64,000 bases of DNA from Chiloscyllium plagiosum (lineage: Eukaryota). This document shows, one piece after another, positions 1 through 12,739 of the stretch. The stretch lies in assembly GCF_004010195.1 (NCBI RefSeq), contig NC_057719.1:79472503-79536502 (forward strand), given 5' to 3'. Position 1 is the stretch's first letter. The number at the start of each line of letters is the position of its first letter. A program made the position numbers and the translations under genes. The notes below the pieces were generated by a model. It ran no database searches. It was not told the DNA's origin and worked only from the letters and a program-made list of their open reading frames with translations.

Positions 1-300
1 AGATAGAGTAGACAGTCAGAAACTTTTTCCCCGGGTACAACAGAGTGTTACAAGGGGACATAAATTTAAGGTGAAGGGTGGAAGGTATAGGGGAGATGTC
101 AGGGATGGGTTCTTTACCTAGAGAATGGTGGGGGCATGGAATGCGCTGCCTGTGGGAGCAGTAGAGTCAGAATCTTTGGTGACCTTTAAGTGGCAATTGG
201 ATAGGTACATGGATGGGTGCTTAAGCTAGGACAAATGTTTGGCACAACATCGTGGGCCGAAGGGCCTGTTCTGTGCTGTATTGTTCTATGTTCTATGTCA
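1..300 (+). mobile_element. CR1 (HER1-like) LINE 3' end, truncated by the window edge
   Basis: ORF2 C-terminal motifs (GH.FKVKGGRYRGDVR..FFT.R.VGAWNALP), then the 3' UTR 'gggccgaagggcctgttctgtgctgta' and a (ttctatg)n tail. Confidence 0.9.
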
Positions 301-559
301 TGTGATAGCCCCCACACTATTTGCAATTTACCTAACATTGGTAATTTGGCTTCATAGCAGATCAGCTGCTCTAGTCTGTGTGTGATATACATGACTTTAA
401 TGGAGAACTCTTTAACCTCAGTTACCTCTGTGCCGATGCGAGGCTACCCACCATGGTCAGGCATGACCTAAGGTATGTGGATGAGTGCAAGGTTATTGCT
501 AATTTTGCACCAGATTCGCAAGCCTCTCTTGATCTCTTAAATTCTCCATAAAAGGTGAC

Positions 560-950
560 TCTCCCTGTATTTGAATATTGTCAAAACAAACCCCATATCA
601 AGCCCAGACTTAGTCAGTCACAAATATCCCACCTCCTGGATGAACACTGGAGTATATTGAGCACATCCCATCTCCTGGTGGTCACCATAGACAAGGAGAT
701 CCATCACTGGATTGGCTGCACTAGTTTCTACAAACTGTGTCAAGTGAGCGTTTGATGCAGAGGACCACATAAATCAACAAAAGTCCTACTGTACAAAGCT
801 GTTGCCACCATGATCCTACACTGCAGTGGTTCCTGGACTGTATCAATGGCACATATGTGGACCCGAGAGATTATACCAGCAATGCATTTGCCGTGTTTCT
901 AGATACAATGGGAGAACCATTGAATAAACATTAGAATCTTTCTTGTAGTC
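560..950 (+). mobile_element. Highly degenerate RTE-clade LINE ORF fragment
   Basis: Frameshifted translation TIDKEIHHWIG...STKVLLYKAV...SWTV...YQQCICR...QWE resembles the RTE C-terminal pattern IDxEIxxRI...TKxxVYxAVV..LLYGSETW...HQRCLR. Confidence 0.6.
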
Positions 951-1200
951 AGCTCTGCCGTGGCAGGAATACGATTCAGAATAGAACTTCCAATCAAGAG
1001 ACACCGACAAAAAAAGGTTAGGGTTATGATCATGTAGTTTGGAAATTGATTTAGTACAGGTAGGAGATTAGAGGCTGAGTTTCTGGATTTTGGGTAAATA
1101 TGGGGATTAGGTTATCTGGGGCTGAGGTTATTGGGCCACGATTAGAATCCCTTCTTACCATTGTGTTGTCAGAAGCAGAGCCACTATATTCTGTGCCTGT

Positions 1201-1537
1201 CCCACGGTGGCTCAGTGAATTGCACTAATGCCTCACAGTGCTAGAGACCCAGGTTTGATTCCAGTCTTGGGCGACTATATATGTGGATTTTGCACGTTCT
1301 CCCAGTAGGTTTCCTCTAGGTGCTTTTGTTTCCACCCACAGTCCAAAGATGTGCAGGTTAGGTAGATTGAATATGCTAAGTTCCCACAGTCTTCAGGGAT
1401 GTGCAGGCTAGGTGGATGAGCCATGGGAAATGCAGGGCTACAGGGATGGAGTGGGTCTGGATGGGACACTCTTCAGAGGGCTGGTGTGGACTGGTTGGGT
1501 TGAATGGTCTGTTCCCACACCACAGGGTTTCTATGAT
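1201..1537 (+). mobile_element. HE1/V-SINE-type tRNA-derived SINE
   Basis: A-box-like ggtggctcagtg, B-box-like ggtttgattcc, central cccacagtccaaagatgtgcaggttagg, CR1-like 3' tail. Confidence 0.9.
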
Positions 1538-2279
1538 TTTTAACAACAACTCGAGGACTCACCCTTTCTGAATCATGGATGGCACCAATTGTAACAGAAG
1601 CACACATGAAGCATGCCTAAATACTTTGCAGTGCGAGCTCAGTGCAGTCTGGCACTCTGAAAATTTACCTGTGAGTTCAGACAACATATAACTGAGATTG
1701 TGATGTGCACATAGTGTGATCTAAAGTGATGCCGGTTGAAAGATGGATGTTAACCAAGACTCTAGGAGAACTCCCTTGTTCTTCATTGTTATGCTTTTTT
1801 AGCTGAAACTTTCAATGAGGAGCAAGGTTTTTGAGCCAAACATTTATTCCCCCCAACCAACATCACCTCAACCATATTATTCAATCATTGCACACAGCAA
1901 AATAGCAATGAGGTAATTTGGCCGATGGATTGCCTATTGTGATGACAGTAGGAGCGCGTTATGGTCATCGAAGATGCTTTAACACTATGTTGGCCCCTCC
2001 CCCACTTTGTCTTGAACTCAAAGATGCCACTTTTAAAGGAGAGCAGCGGCCTTCTCTTGGAGTTCTGGCCTACATTTTGGTCGCTGCCTGGCCGTGGAGT
2101 AATAATGTTACTTTAGAATGTTGAGCACTGGGGATCTTGAACCATTGTCCCCACTCCCCCATTCCAGCATTCTCATGAGTAAAAAACAAAGGCATTCAAA
2201 GCACAACGCGCCCATCTTTTTATTGCCCTTGCAATATTTCTTTCCCCCCAGATTTGTTCACTGTGGTACAATAAGAATG

Positions 2280-2770
2280 CAACAGGAGAACTTGAAAGGG
2301 TTCAGAAAAGATTTACAAGGATGTTGCCAAGGTTGGAGGATTTGAGCTATAGGGTGAGGTTGAATAGCTAGGGCTGTTTTTCCTGGAATGTCGGAGGCTG
2401 AGGGGTGACTTATACGGGTTTATAAAATCATGAGGGGCATGGATAGGTTAAGTAGACAAAGTCTTTTTCCCTGGGCTGGGGGAATCCAGAACAAAGGGGT
2501 TTAGGGTGAGAGGGGAAAGATATAAACGAGACTTAAGAAGCAACTTTTTCACTCAGAGGGTGGTACGTGAATGGGATGAGCTGCCAGAGGAAGTGGTGGA
2601 GGCTGGTACAATTGCAACATTTAAGAGGCATTTGGATGGGTATAGGAAGGGTTTGGAGGGATATGGGACATGTGCTGGAAGGTGGGACTAGATTAGGTTG
2701 GGATATCTGGTCGGCAAGGACGAGTTGGATCGAAGGGTCTGTTTCCGTGCTGTACATCTCTGTGACTCTA
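2280..2770 (+). mobile_element. CR1 LINE 3' fragment
   Basis: ORF 2506-2691 reads FFTQRVVREWDELPEEVVEAGT..FKRHLD, followed by the CR1 3' UTR. Confidence 0.92.
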
Positions 2771-3109
2771 AGATTGGTAACCCTGCACCCATTAGGATTG
2801 AAAGTGACCTGAAGGGTACTGTATTTTTTTAAAAAAATAGTGTTTGTTTCCACTTAAACAGGGATTGCTGGAAGCAGTTAAAAACACCTATCTGGGTGTG
2901 GTGCAGTAAAGATTATTAGCAACTACAGAACCAGACTGAGTCAGCTCCCTCAGGAGAAGAAGAGGGCAAAATAAAAAGAAAAACAAGATTCCCAGTGTGC
3001 ACATCATGAACTTTAGTAACCTTTCAGACTAGTTTTGCGCAGTAGTCTGCCTCGAATTTCTTGATCCCTATTAAACCATGAAATAGAACAGGCTGCTCTG
3101 GCTTTCATT

Positions 3110-4170
3110 GCAAGGGAGGTAGTTATGTGTGACAGTTCCACAAAGATATGAGAGTGAGTGGACAAAGATCTCGCAAGTAGAATTGCAATGTGGGACAATG
3201 TGAAATCGTCCGCTTTAGCTGGAAATGAAGCATATCATATAAACAGTGAGGGATGGCAGAGTTTATTATGCAAGTACAGCAAGTAATTAGAAAAGCTATA
3301 ATTTATCCTGAGGGCAATTGAATACAAAAGTAGGGAAGTTCTGATTCACTTTTACAATGCGTTGGTGAGACAGCATCTGGGTTACTGTGTACAGTACTGG
3401 TCACCCGATTTAAGGAAGGATGTAAGTGCATCAGAAGCAGTTCAGGGAACGTATACCAGCCTACTACCTGGAATGGACCAGTTTCAGTATGTGGAATGTT
3501 TGAACAGGCTAGGCTTGTAACCATTCGAGTAGGGCAAGCAGAGGCCTGACCAAAACATCTCAGATCCTAACAAGGCCATGATGTGGTAAATGCAGACAAG
3601 ATGGTTCCTCTTGTGGGGGACTTTAGAAATAGAAGCCACTGGTTGAAAATAAGGGATTGCCCATTTAAGATGCAGTTGAGGAGAATTTTTTTCTCTGTCA
3701 GAGGGTTGAATTGAATTGAATTGAATTGTATTGAATTGAATTTATTGTCACATATGCCGAGGCACAGTGAAAAGCTTTGTCTTGCGAGCAATACAGTCAG
3801 ATCATTTACTTAAGTAGCAGAGATAAGTAAATAATAGGTAAACAGCAGCAAAAACAAAAACACAGGTATAGGCAAATGTTAAGGGTTTGTGAGGCCATTC
3901 AGTATTCTAACAACAGGAAGGTAGAAACTGTTTCAAAACCGGCTGGTGTGTGTGTTCAGATGATGAGTCTTTGGGACTCTCTTCCTCAAAACGTGGTGAA
4001 GGCAGACCTTTTAAATATTTTACAGGCAGAGGAAGAGGAAGCAGAGAAAGATAGTCAGAGATAGGTAGGCATGTAGGATAATCAGAACAACTATGATATT
4101 ATTGAATGGGTAGAGCAGGCTTGAGAGGTAGCGTGGCCTACTCCTGATCCTAATTCATACATTGACATGA
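3110..4170 (+). mobile_element. Old CR1 LINE fragment interrupted by a Rex/Babar 3' end
   Basis: Degenerate LVR.HL.YCVQYWSP..RKDV motif; CR1 sequence 'ttctctgtcagagggt' resumes as 'tgagtctttgggactctcttcctc' after about 3960. Confidence 0.7.
3706..3957 (-). mobile_element. Rex/Babar-clade LINE 3' end
   Basis: (gaatt)n tail; reverse complement matches the 30570-30976 copy (aagcttttcactgtgcctcggcatatgtgacaataaattcaattc). Confidence 0.8.
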
Positions 4171-4249
4171 TTTTTGAAACTTAATACGATATGGTTCCCT
4201 GCAAACAGGAAATATTTAAAACGTACTCCCTGATGTAGATTTCTGATGT

Positions 4250-4690
4250 AGATTGTTCTTTGAACTCGAAGGATTAAGATGTGATTTGAGGGAAGTGTCC
4301 AAAGCCATGAAGGGAGAACCTGTTGCTATTCCAGAGAATGGTTGTCAATAAGAGGGTAACGATGATTGTCTTTCTTCCCTGGGTGTCATTCCTCACCTAA
4401 CTGAAGTCTAGTGAACAGGATGCAGTCTCTGAATGAAGAGCAAGTCACTTTGGACTGAGATGAGAAGGAACTTCTTCGTTTAATGGGTGGTGAATCTTTG
4501 GAATTCCTTGGCCCAGAGCACTGTAGAGCCTCAGACATTGAGTATATTCAAGGCTGAGTTTGGAAGATATTAAAAATATTAAGGGATATGGGCTAATGCA
4601 GGAAAATGGTGCTGAAGTAGAAGCTCAGCTATGATCTCATTGAATGACAGAGTGAGCTGCTCCTGTTTCTCATGTTGTTCTTGTGTTAAG
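4250..4690 (+). mobile_element. Old CR1 3' fragment
   Basis: 'actgagatgagaaggaacttcttc...gtggtgaatctttggaattcc' corresponds to the TEMRRNFF..VVNLWNS motif. Confidence 0.7.
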
Positions 4691-4774
4691 AGGATATGGA
4701 TTTAAGGTGATTGTCAAAGAAAGCAGGAAAGATGAGAAGATACAAGGGATGCTGTAGCAACTCATTAATTCTTC

Positions 4775-5115
4775 TTAGGCAACCCCTTCCAAGCCCATTA
4801 GCTTTCCCATCGAGAAGGGCAAGAGCAGCAAATGCGCGGAAACAGAACAACCTGCAAGCCCCCCCTGCATTCCATATGCCATCCTGACTTGGAAGTATAT
4901 CACCATTCTTTTTCTGTCGTTGACTTCACATCCTGGGATTCTGTCTCTCTCTCTGATCCAAAGACCTGAAATTCCCTACCAGCACTGTAGATGCATCTAA
5001 ACCCCAAGGGCTACAGTGGTCCAAAAAGATGACTTACCGCTCTCTTCTCAGGGGCTATTAGAGATGAGCAATACATGCCAGTCCAGTTAGCAACACCATG
5101 AATGAACAAAAAAAA
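4775..5115 (+). mobile_element. L2/CR1-group LINE 3' end
   Basis: Shares 'ccatc.agaagg.caag.gcagca...catcctgacttggaa.tatatc...cttctca.gggc.atta' with copies at 22875-23090 and 44770-45135. Confidence 0.7.
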
Positions 5116-5167
5116 AGGTTATGATCTCACTTGTTGGAAGGGTGCTGAAAGCAGATTCAACTGCTCC

Positions 5168-5517
5168 ATAGAATCGCTACAATGCAGAATCAGGCCATTC
5201 AGCCCATCGAATCAATAACAATCCTCTGAAGGGAATCCCAACATGATGCACCCCACCCCCCCCACACTATCGCTGTAATCCTGCATTTCCCACAGCTAAT
5301 CCACCTCGCCTGCATACTCCTAGACACTATGGGCAATTTCCCATGGCCAATTCACCTGCACATCTTTGGACTATGATAGGAAACCAGAGCATTCAGAGGA
5401 AATCCACGCAGACACGGGGAGAATGTGCAAACTCCACACAGACAGTCGCCCAAGGCTGGAATCAAACCTGGGTCCCTGGCGCTGTGAGGCAGCGGTACTG
5501 ACCACAGAGCCACCATT
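5168..5517 (-). mobile_element. HE1/V-SINE-type SINE
   Basis: Reverse complement of the HE1 body (cacctgcacatctttggact...acacggggagaatgtgcaaactccacacagacagtcgcc). Confidence 0.92.
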
Positions 5518-5949
5518 CCACCCCAAAGCTCCCTTAAAAAAGGAATTTGATACACCATTGAGAAAGAGCACCGAGAATGGAGCAGGTAAACAGCCTGCGG
5601 ACATGTTAGCACCACACAACAATCTTCTCAAGGGCAATTAGAGGTTGATTATCACTACTGTTACTGCCAATGATGCTCATATTAAGTGAATGAATCAGTG
5701 AATGAATGACTGGACAGATTTAGATAACTCCTTCACAGAGTTGGTGCAGGCATGATGGGCTGAACGGCCTCCTGTGAATTTGTGAGTCTGCATTAGGCTA
5801 TCACAAACCGCAGTAGACAAAGAGAGAATCATATCTTTTTTCTCGTCCATCTAGTAATTCCATTTAAATCTCCATTTCTCCTGGTGATGGGAAAAAAATT
5901 GTCTTCAAGTTGATTTTAAATATTTGTCGTTCTCATGTTATCAAGGGTC

Positions 5950-6420
5950 TGTCAGGGCACAGACCATCAAAATCCACCTGGCTCCATCAGCACTGTAGGA
6001 AGAAGGTCAATAGCCTCTCTGCTCAGCCAGCATAAGTGCCACCACCTTCTCTCCCGTACCTCACCCTCACTCTATCTCTGCTGCTGCACCAAGCTCCCAA
6101 TAAGACTCGCGCTCTACCACTCTCACTATTGCATGCCATGTGTTCTCACACTCGCTCCCACACTCGCCATCAACACCCATGTTAATCCTGTGCCCTCTTG
6201 CTCCCTCAGAATACCTCACTACCTCATGGGCACCTCCATCCGCACCAACAGTAACCATATTGCCAGCCACGACAAACTCCCTTTCTTTCATCCCAGGAGA
6301 AAGCAGGTACCACAATAGGGAGGAAGGAGTGATGTTCAGTGAAGGGCTGCCCGACATTTGGCTCCTCAGTCTTTAGGAGGGGAAGATCCTGACTCTGTCA
6401 GGCCCAAGGGAGCCAACTGA
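5950..6420 (+). pseudogene. Possible fossil two-exon Myb/SANT-like gene of a PIF/Harbinger transposon
   Basis: HQHCRKKVNSL at about 5985-6017; donor-like 'ccag cataagt' at 6027-6037; acceptor 'ctttctttcatcccag' ending 6296; then EK..YHNREEGVMFSEGLPDIWLLSL*EGKIL with a frameshift and a stop. Confidence 0.45.
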
Positions 6421-6639
6421 CTGTCTCTGGGTCCCTGGTCTGGAATCAGAGGCTGTGCTGGCACCTTCTAGCTGAAGGACTGAGGACTGTTGACAATCTC
6501 AGCAGGCTTCCTGACATGGCGCCTGTGCTAAGGGACAAGGCAGTACAGAGTTACTGTGAACCTGGTCGTTCTGGTTGAGGGGGCGAAGCGCTAAAAGGCA
6601 AAGCAAGGTGGAGTTGCAGTACGCAGCCAGGCAACAGGA

Positions 6640-7195
6640 AGAAAACTAGGCCCTTCTGCCTTTTGAGCCGTCTCTACTGTTCAGTGAATGCTAATCTTCT
6701 GTCTCAATACTTCCCTCATATTATTCAATTGGTCTACAGATCACAAGTCTACCATTCGCTACCTTGAATATGCTCGGTGTCTGAGTAACATATGAGACTG
6801 AAAGCTCTTTCAGTGAAGAAATCTCTCCTCATCTCAGTCCAAAATGGCTGACCTCATATTCTGAGACTGTGCCCCCAATTCTACATCCTCAAGCCACGGA
6901 ATCACCTTCCCACCTCCCCACCTTTGTGAAATCTGTATGTTTCAATGAGATATTTCTCCTAACTTGCTGGGGAAGTGTGAATCTGGGCTGAGAGTACCTG
7001 ACCTTGCTCATAGGACAATCCTTCCATTCCAGGAGTCAATCTACTGAACCTTTGTTGCATTTTAAGAATAGCCCTTTTCTGTGGTAAGGGGGTCAGGACT
7101 GTATAATATCCTTCACATGCGTCCTCACATTCCCCTTGGAATTGCAGTAACTCCCATTCCTTTATAATAAAAGTTAGCATATCATTGACCTTCCT
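6640..7195 (-). mobile_element. Old CR1 3' fragment
   Basis: Minus-strand ORF contains MQQRFSRLTPGMEGLSYEQ. Confidence 0.7.
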
Positions 7196-7710
7196 GTTAT
7201 AAGAAGGATATTATCAAGCTGGAGAGGATTCAGAAAAGATTTAGTAGGATGTTGCTAGGTATGGAGGGTTTGAGAGAGAAGAAGCGGCCGGATAGGCTGG
7301 GACAGCTTTCACTCGAGTGTAGGAGGCTGAGGGGTGACCTTAAAGCAGTTTATAAGATAATGAAGGGTATAGATAAAGTGAATGGCTGGTGTTTTATTCC
7401 GCTAGGATGGGGGATTTCAAGACTAGTTGGCATATTTTTAAAATGAGAGGAGAAAGATTTTTAAAAGACATGAGGGGCAACAGTTCTACACAGAGAGTGG
7501 TTCGTGTGTGGAAGGCACTTCAAGAAGTAATGTTGGGTGTGGGTACAGTTACAAAGTTTAAAAGGCATTTGGATAAACACGTGAATAAGAAACGTTTGGT
7601 GGGATATGGTCCAGTAGCAGACAGATGGGACTAGTTTAGTTTGGGATTATGTTCTGCATGGACCAGTTGGACCGATAGGTCTGTTTCCATGCTGTATGAC
7701 ACTCTGATTC
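7196..7710 (+). mobile_element. CR1 LINE 3' fragment inserted into an older CR1
   Basis: ORFs 7249-7446 and 7389-7634 carry LECRRLRGDL and TQRVVRVW..FKRHLD motifs; 3' UTR present. Confidence 0.9.
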
Positions 7711-8201
7711 CTAATTGTGTGCAGTCCCTGGAGGTAACTTTTCTATTCCTAATGTGTAAGGACACCCATGTTCCTATGTCCTATTGAATACAAAGATAAC
7801 CCAGTCTTCCGCTGTTGAAAAAATATTCAGCTTTTCTATTTTGTCTGAGGACCTTCTATTTCCCTGTATTGTATTCCATCTGCTGTCTTCTTGCCCACTC
7901 TCAACCCTTCGCTGTCCCTTTGTATCCTACCCACTGCTTCTATTCCCACCTATGTTTCCTACCACAAGAGCACTGGGCCCATCCCAGCCCACAGTGACAC
8001 AAGTCAAAATTCTGAGATTGCATGACTCATTCACACACCATTTATTTCCTGGCTCCATCATAGTGTTCCTCCCTCTGTTGTGAAGAGACTTGTGCTGCTG
8101 GATAACCATTTGGTAAGGTTGCCCAGTTGTTCCAATGCCTTCTGTAGCTGGTACAAAGAGCACACACAGCCACAAAGAGGAAGCCAACATCATTTTGAAG
8201 T

Positions 8202-8728
8202 TAACAATTTTTGAGAAGATTTGTAGCTCAGGTTATTGATAAATATGTAAGTTAGCTCGCTGAGCTGGAAGGTTCGTTTTCAGACGTTTCATCATACTAG
8301 GTAACATCGTCAGTGAGACACTACATTGGACAAACTAGCAGGAAACTTGACACCAGGATATATAAACACCAACTGGCCACCAAAAGACACGACCCACTAT
8401 CACTAATTTCTATGCACTCAAACAAAGAAGGACACCACTTTGACTGGGACAACACACCAATCCTAGGACAGGCGAAAGAAACATACGCACGAGAATTCTT
8501 AGAGGCATGGCATTCCAACCAGAACTCCATCTATAAACACATCGATTTAGATCCTATCTACCTTCCCTTGAAAAAAAGGACCAGAAATCATCACCTTAAG
8601 AAGCCAAGACTTATAAGTAGAGAGCGGGACATACCACCAGAACTTCACCAGGGACTCTCACTGACGTTACTTAGTATGGTGACAAAACATTTGAAAACTT
8701 CAAGCTCAGTGAGCTGACTTACATACTT
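8202..8728 (+). mobile_element. Penelope-like element: GIY-YIG endonuclease fragment with inverted pseudo-LTR
   Basis: ORF 8313-8717 HYIGQTSRKL.TRI.KHQLA...HHFDWDNT.ILGQ...REFLEAWHS; 8237-8317 is the reverse complement of about 8657-8732; 13-bp TSD atcattttgaagt at 8189-8201 and 8729-8741. Confidence 0.9.
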
Positions 8729-8844
8729 ATCATTTTGAAGTGCCCAAAAGCCAATCTAAATGATGGCCTGTGCCATTTAGTGTATAGGATCTTTGTCTTC
8801 TGCTGAAGCAGGTATAGGGTGAGAGTTAGGGGCTTCTGTAACTA

Positions 8845-8895
8845 TCAGGACTGGTGGGCTATATGAGGGAGTGAGATGAATTCCATATCCGTCAG
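8845..8895 (+). repeat. Left remnant of a ~47-bp minisatellite (continues at 15266-15432)
   Basis: 'ggtgggctatatgagggagtgagatgaattccatatccgtcag' matches the units at 15266-15432. Confidence 0.65.
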
Positions 8896-8899
8896 AATA

Positions 8900-9398
8900 A
8901 TGAGAATCCAGAGACAGTAAGTTCCTGAGGGCAAGGCTGGTAGGTAGGGAATACTGGATGACTAGAGGAATTGAGGTTTTGGTCAAGAAGAATAAGGAAG
9001 CATCTGTCAGATATAGATTGCAGAGATTGAATGAATCCTTAGAAGAGTATAAAGACAGTAAGAGTATACTTAAGAGAGAAATCAGGAGGGCAAAAAAGGG
9101 ACATAAGATAGTTTTGGCAAATAGGGTTAAGGAGAATCCAAAGGGATTCTACAAATACATTAAGGACAAAAGGGTAACTAGGGAGAGAATAGGGCCCCGC
9201 AAAGATCAGCAAGGCAGCCTACATGTGGAACCGCAGGAAATGGGGGAGATAGTAAACAAATATATTGCATCAGTGTTTACTGCGGAGAATGATATGGAAG
9301 ACAGAGAATGTGGGGAAATAAATAGTGACATCTTGAAAAATGTCCATATTATAGAGGAGGTGGTGCTGGTTGCCTTTAAATGCATAAAGGTGGATAAA
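8900..9398 (+). mobile_element. Outer CR1 LINE, part 1 (ORF2 linker)
   Basis: ORF 8958-9407 KENPKGFYKYIKDKRVTRERIGP...KVDK; the sequence resumes at 12740. Confidence 0.9.
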
Positions 9399-12300
9399 GA
9401 TTCTTAAGGAGTAGGGACAGCAGCCAGAAGTCGTGGTGCTCATCGGTACCAATGACATAGCTCAGAAAAGAGATGAGGACCTGAAAAGAGAATGTAGGGA
9501 GTTAGGGTGGAAGGTAAAAGACAGGATGAGCAGAACAGTAATCTCAGGATTGCTACCAGTGTCATGGGCTTGCAGGGCTAGTGACAGAGAGTGAGTGCAG
9601 ATGAACACATGGCTGCAGGGCTGTTCTGGGAGGGAGGGATTCAGATATGTGGATCATTGGGATACCTTCTGGGACCTGTACAAGGAGGACGGGTTCCACC
9701 TGAATGGGAGGGGCACCAATATCCTGCGTCAGAGGTTTGCTGGAGCTCTTCAGGAGGGTTTAAAATAGTTTGGCAAGGGGGTAGGAATCAGAGCTATGGG
9801 TCAAAGGATGGAGTAGCTGGTGTACATGCAGAGAGACTGTGAGGAAGGATAGACAGTTGATAGAGCAAAGGTGCAGTCAGTGTGATGAGTTAAAGTGTGT
9901 CTATTTTAATGCAAGAAGTATCAGGAATAAGGGCGATGAACTCAGACCATGGATCAGTACTTGGAACTGTGATGTTGTGGCCATTACGGAGACTTGGATA
10001 TCACAGGGACAAGGGTGGTTGTTGGATGTTCCAGGGTTTAGATGTTTCAAAAGGAATGGGGGGGGGGAGTGCGGGTGAGGTAAAAGCAGTGCGGGTGTGG
10101 CATTACTAATCAGGGAGAGTATCACAGTTGCAGAAAGAGAGGTCATCAAGGAGGATTTGGCTACAGAGTCAGTATGAGTGGAAGTCAGAAACAGGAAAGG
10201 AGCAGTCACTTTATTGGGGCTTTCTACAGATCTCCTCCCAATAGCAACAGAGACACGGAGTAGCAGATTGGGAGGCAGATTTTCAAAAGGTGCAGAAGTA
10301 ACAGGATTGTTGTCATGGGTGACTTCAACTTCCCTAATATTGATTGGAATCTGCTTAGTGCAAATAGTTTAGATGGAGCAGTTTTTGTCAAGTATGTCCA
10401 GGAAGGATTCCTGACTCAATATGTAGATAGACCGACCAGCGAGGAGGCCATGTTAGATTTGGTGCTTGGCAACGAACCAGGTCAGGTGCCAGATCTCTCA
10501 GTGGGAGAGCATTTCAGTAATAGTGATCACAACTCCCTGACCTTTACTATACTCATGGAAAGGGACAGCAGCAAATGGTATGAGAAAGTTTTTAGTTGGA
10601 AGAGGGGAAATTACAATGCTATTAGGCAGGAACTGGGGGGGGCACAAATTGGGAACAGATGTTTTCAGGAAAATGTACGACAGAAGTGTGGAGGTTGTTT
10701 AAGAAGCACTTGCTGATGGTTCTGGACAGGTTTGTTCCATTGAGTCAAGGAAGGATTGGTAGGGTGAAGAAACCTTGGATGACAAGGGATGTGGAACATC
10801 TAGTTAAGAGGAGGAAGGAAGTTTACTTAAGGTTGAGGAGGTAAGGATCAGACAGGGCTCTAGAGGGTTGCAAGGTAGTCAGGAAGGAACTGAAGAGTGG
10901 ACTTAAGAGAGCTAGAAGGAGGCATGAAAAAGCTTTAGCAAGTGGGATTAAGGAAAACCCTAATGAATTCTACACTTATGTGAGGAACAACAGGATGGTC
11001 AGAGGGTAGGGCCAATCAGGGATAGTGGAGGGAACTTGCACCTGGTGTTGAGCAGATAGGGCAGATCCTTAATTAATAAATTGCTTCAGTATTCACTAGT
11101 GAGAGGACATTGACATTTGTCAGGACAGCATGAAACAGAGTGATATGATCAAACAGGTTGATGTTAAGAAGGAAAATGTGCTTAAATTTTTGAAAAACAT
11201 AAGGATAGACATGTCCAGATGGGATTTACCCAAGGTTACTACAGGACGCTAGGGAAGAGATTGCTGTGCCTTTGTCAATGATCTTTGCGTCCTCACTGTC
11301 TACTGGAGTAGTGCCAGATGGCTGGAGGGGGGCAACTCTGGTATTCCCTTGTTCAAGAAAGGGAATTGGGATAATCCTGGGAATTACAGACCAGTCAGTC
11401 TTAGATCACTGGTGGGCAAAATATTGAGAGGATTCTGAGAGACAGGATTTAAGATTACTTGGAAAACCATAGTTTGATTAGAGATAATCAACATGGCTTT
11501 GTGAGGGGTAGGTCATGCCTCACAAACCTTATTGAATTCTTTGAGGATGTGATAAAACACATTGATGAAGGTAGAGCAGTGGATGTGGTATACATGCATT
11601 TTACCAAGGTGTTTGATAAGGTTCCCCATGGTAGGCTCATTCAGAAAGTAAGGAGGTATGGGATACAAGGAAATTTGGTTTTCTAGATACAGAATTGACT
11701 GGCCTATAGAAGACAGAGAGTGGTGATAGATGGAAAGTATTCAGTCTGGAACTCAGTGATCAGTGGTGCTCCGCAGGGATCGGTTCTGGGACCTCTACTT
11801 TTTATGATTTTTATAAATAACTTGGATGAGGAAGTGGAAGGGTGGGCCAATACGTTTGTTGATGACACGATGGTTGGTGGAGTGGTTGATATTGTGAAGG
11901 GCTGTTGTAGGTTGCAACGGGACATTGACAGGATGCAAAACTGGGCTGATAAGTGACAGGTGAAGTTCAGTCTGGAAAAGTGTGAAGCGATGCATTTTGG
12001 AAGGTTGAATTTGAATGCAGAATATAGAGTTAAAGGCAGGATTCTTGGCAGTGTGGAGGAACAGAGGGATCTTGGGGTCCATGTCCATAGATCCCTCAGA
12101 GTTGCCACCCAAGTTGATAGGGTTGTTAAAAGGCGTATGGTATGTTGGTTTTCATTAGCAGGAGAGTGGGTTTAAGAGTCGTGAGTTATGCTGGAGCTCT
12201 ATAGAGCCTTGGTTAGACTCCACTTGGAATATTGTGTTCAGTTCTGGTTGCCTCATTATAGGAAGGATATAGAAGCTTTAGAGAAGATTCAGGGGAGATT

Positions 12301-12739
12301 TACCAGGATGCTGCCTGGACTGGAGAGCATGTCTTATGAAGAAAGGTTGAGGGAGCTAAGGTTTATCTCATTGGAGCGAAGAAGGGTGAGAGGCGACTTG
12401 ATAGATGTGAAGAAGATGATGAGAGGCTTAGATAGAATGAATAGCCAAAGACTTTGTCCCAGGACGAAAATGTCTGTCATGAAGGGGCATAAGTGATTGG
12501 AGGAAGGTATAGGGGAGATGTTCGAGGCCGGTTCTTTACACAGAGGGTCATGGGTGTATGAAATGCACTGCCAGCAGTGGTAGTAGAGTCAGATACATTA
12601 GGGACATTTAAGCGACTCTTGGATAGGCACATGGATGATAGTAAAATGTAGGGTATGTAGGTTGTTCTGATCTTAGAGTAGGATAAAAGGTTGGCACAAC
12701 ATCGAGGGCCGAAGGGCCTGTACTGTGCTGTACTGTTCT
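9399..12739 (+). mobile_element. Inner CR1 LINE (~3.3 kb): ORF1 SGNH-esterase C-terminus plus degenerate ORF2 (APE endonuclease, RT) and 3' UTR
   Basis: VVVLIGTNDI...DGFHLN (ORF1); CVYFNARSIRNK, VAITETW, MGDFNFPNIDW, LDLVLGN, SDHN (APE); QHGFVRGRSCLTNL, PQGSVLGP, FVDDT (RT); many stops and frameshifts; 'ataaa' duplicated at 9394-9398 and 12740-12744. Confidence 0.93.
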
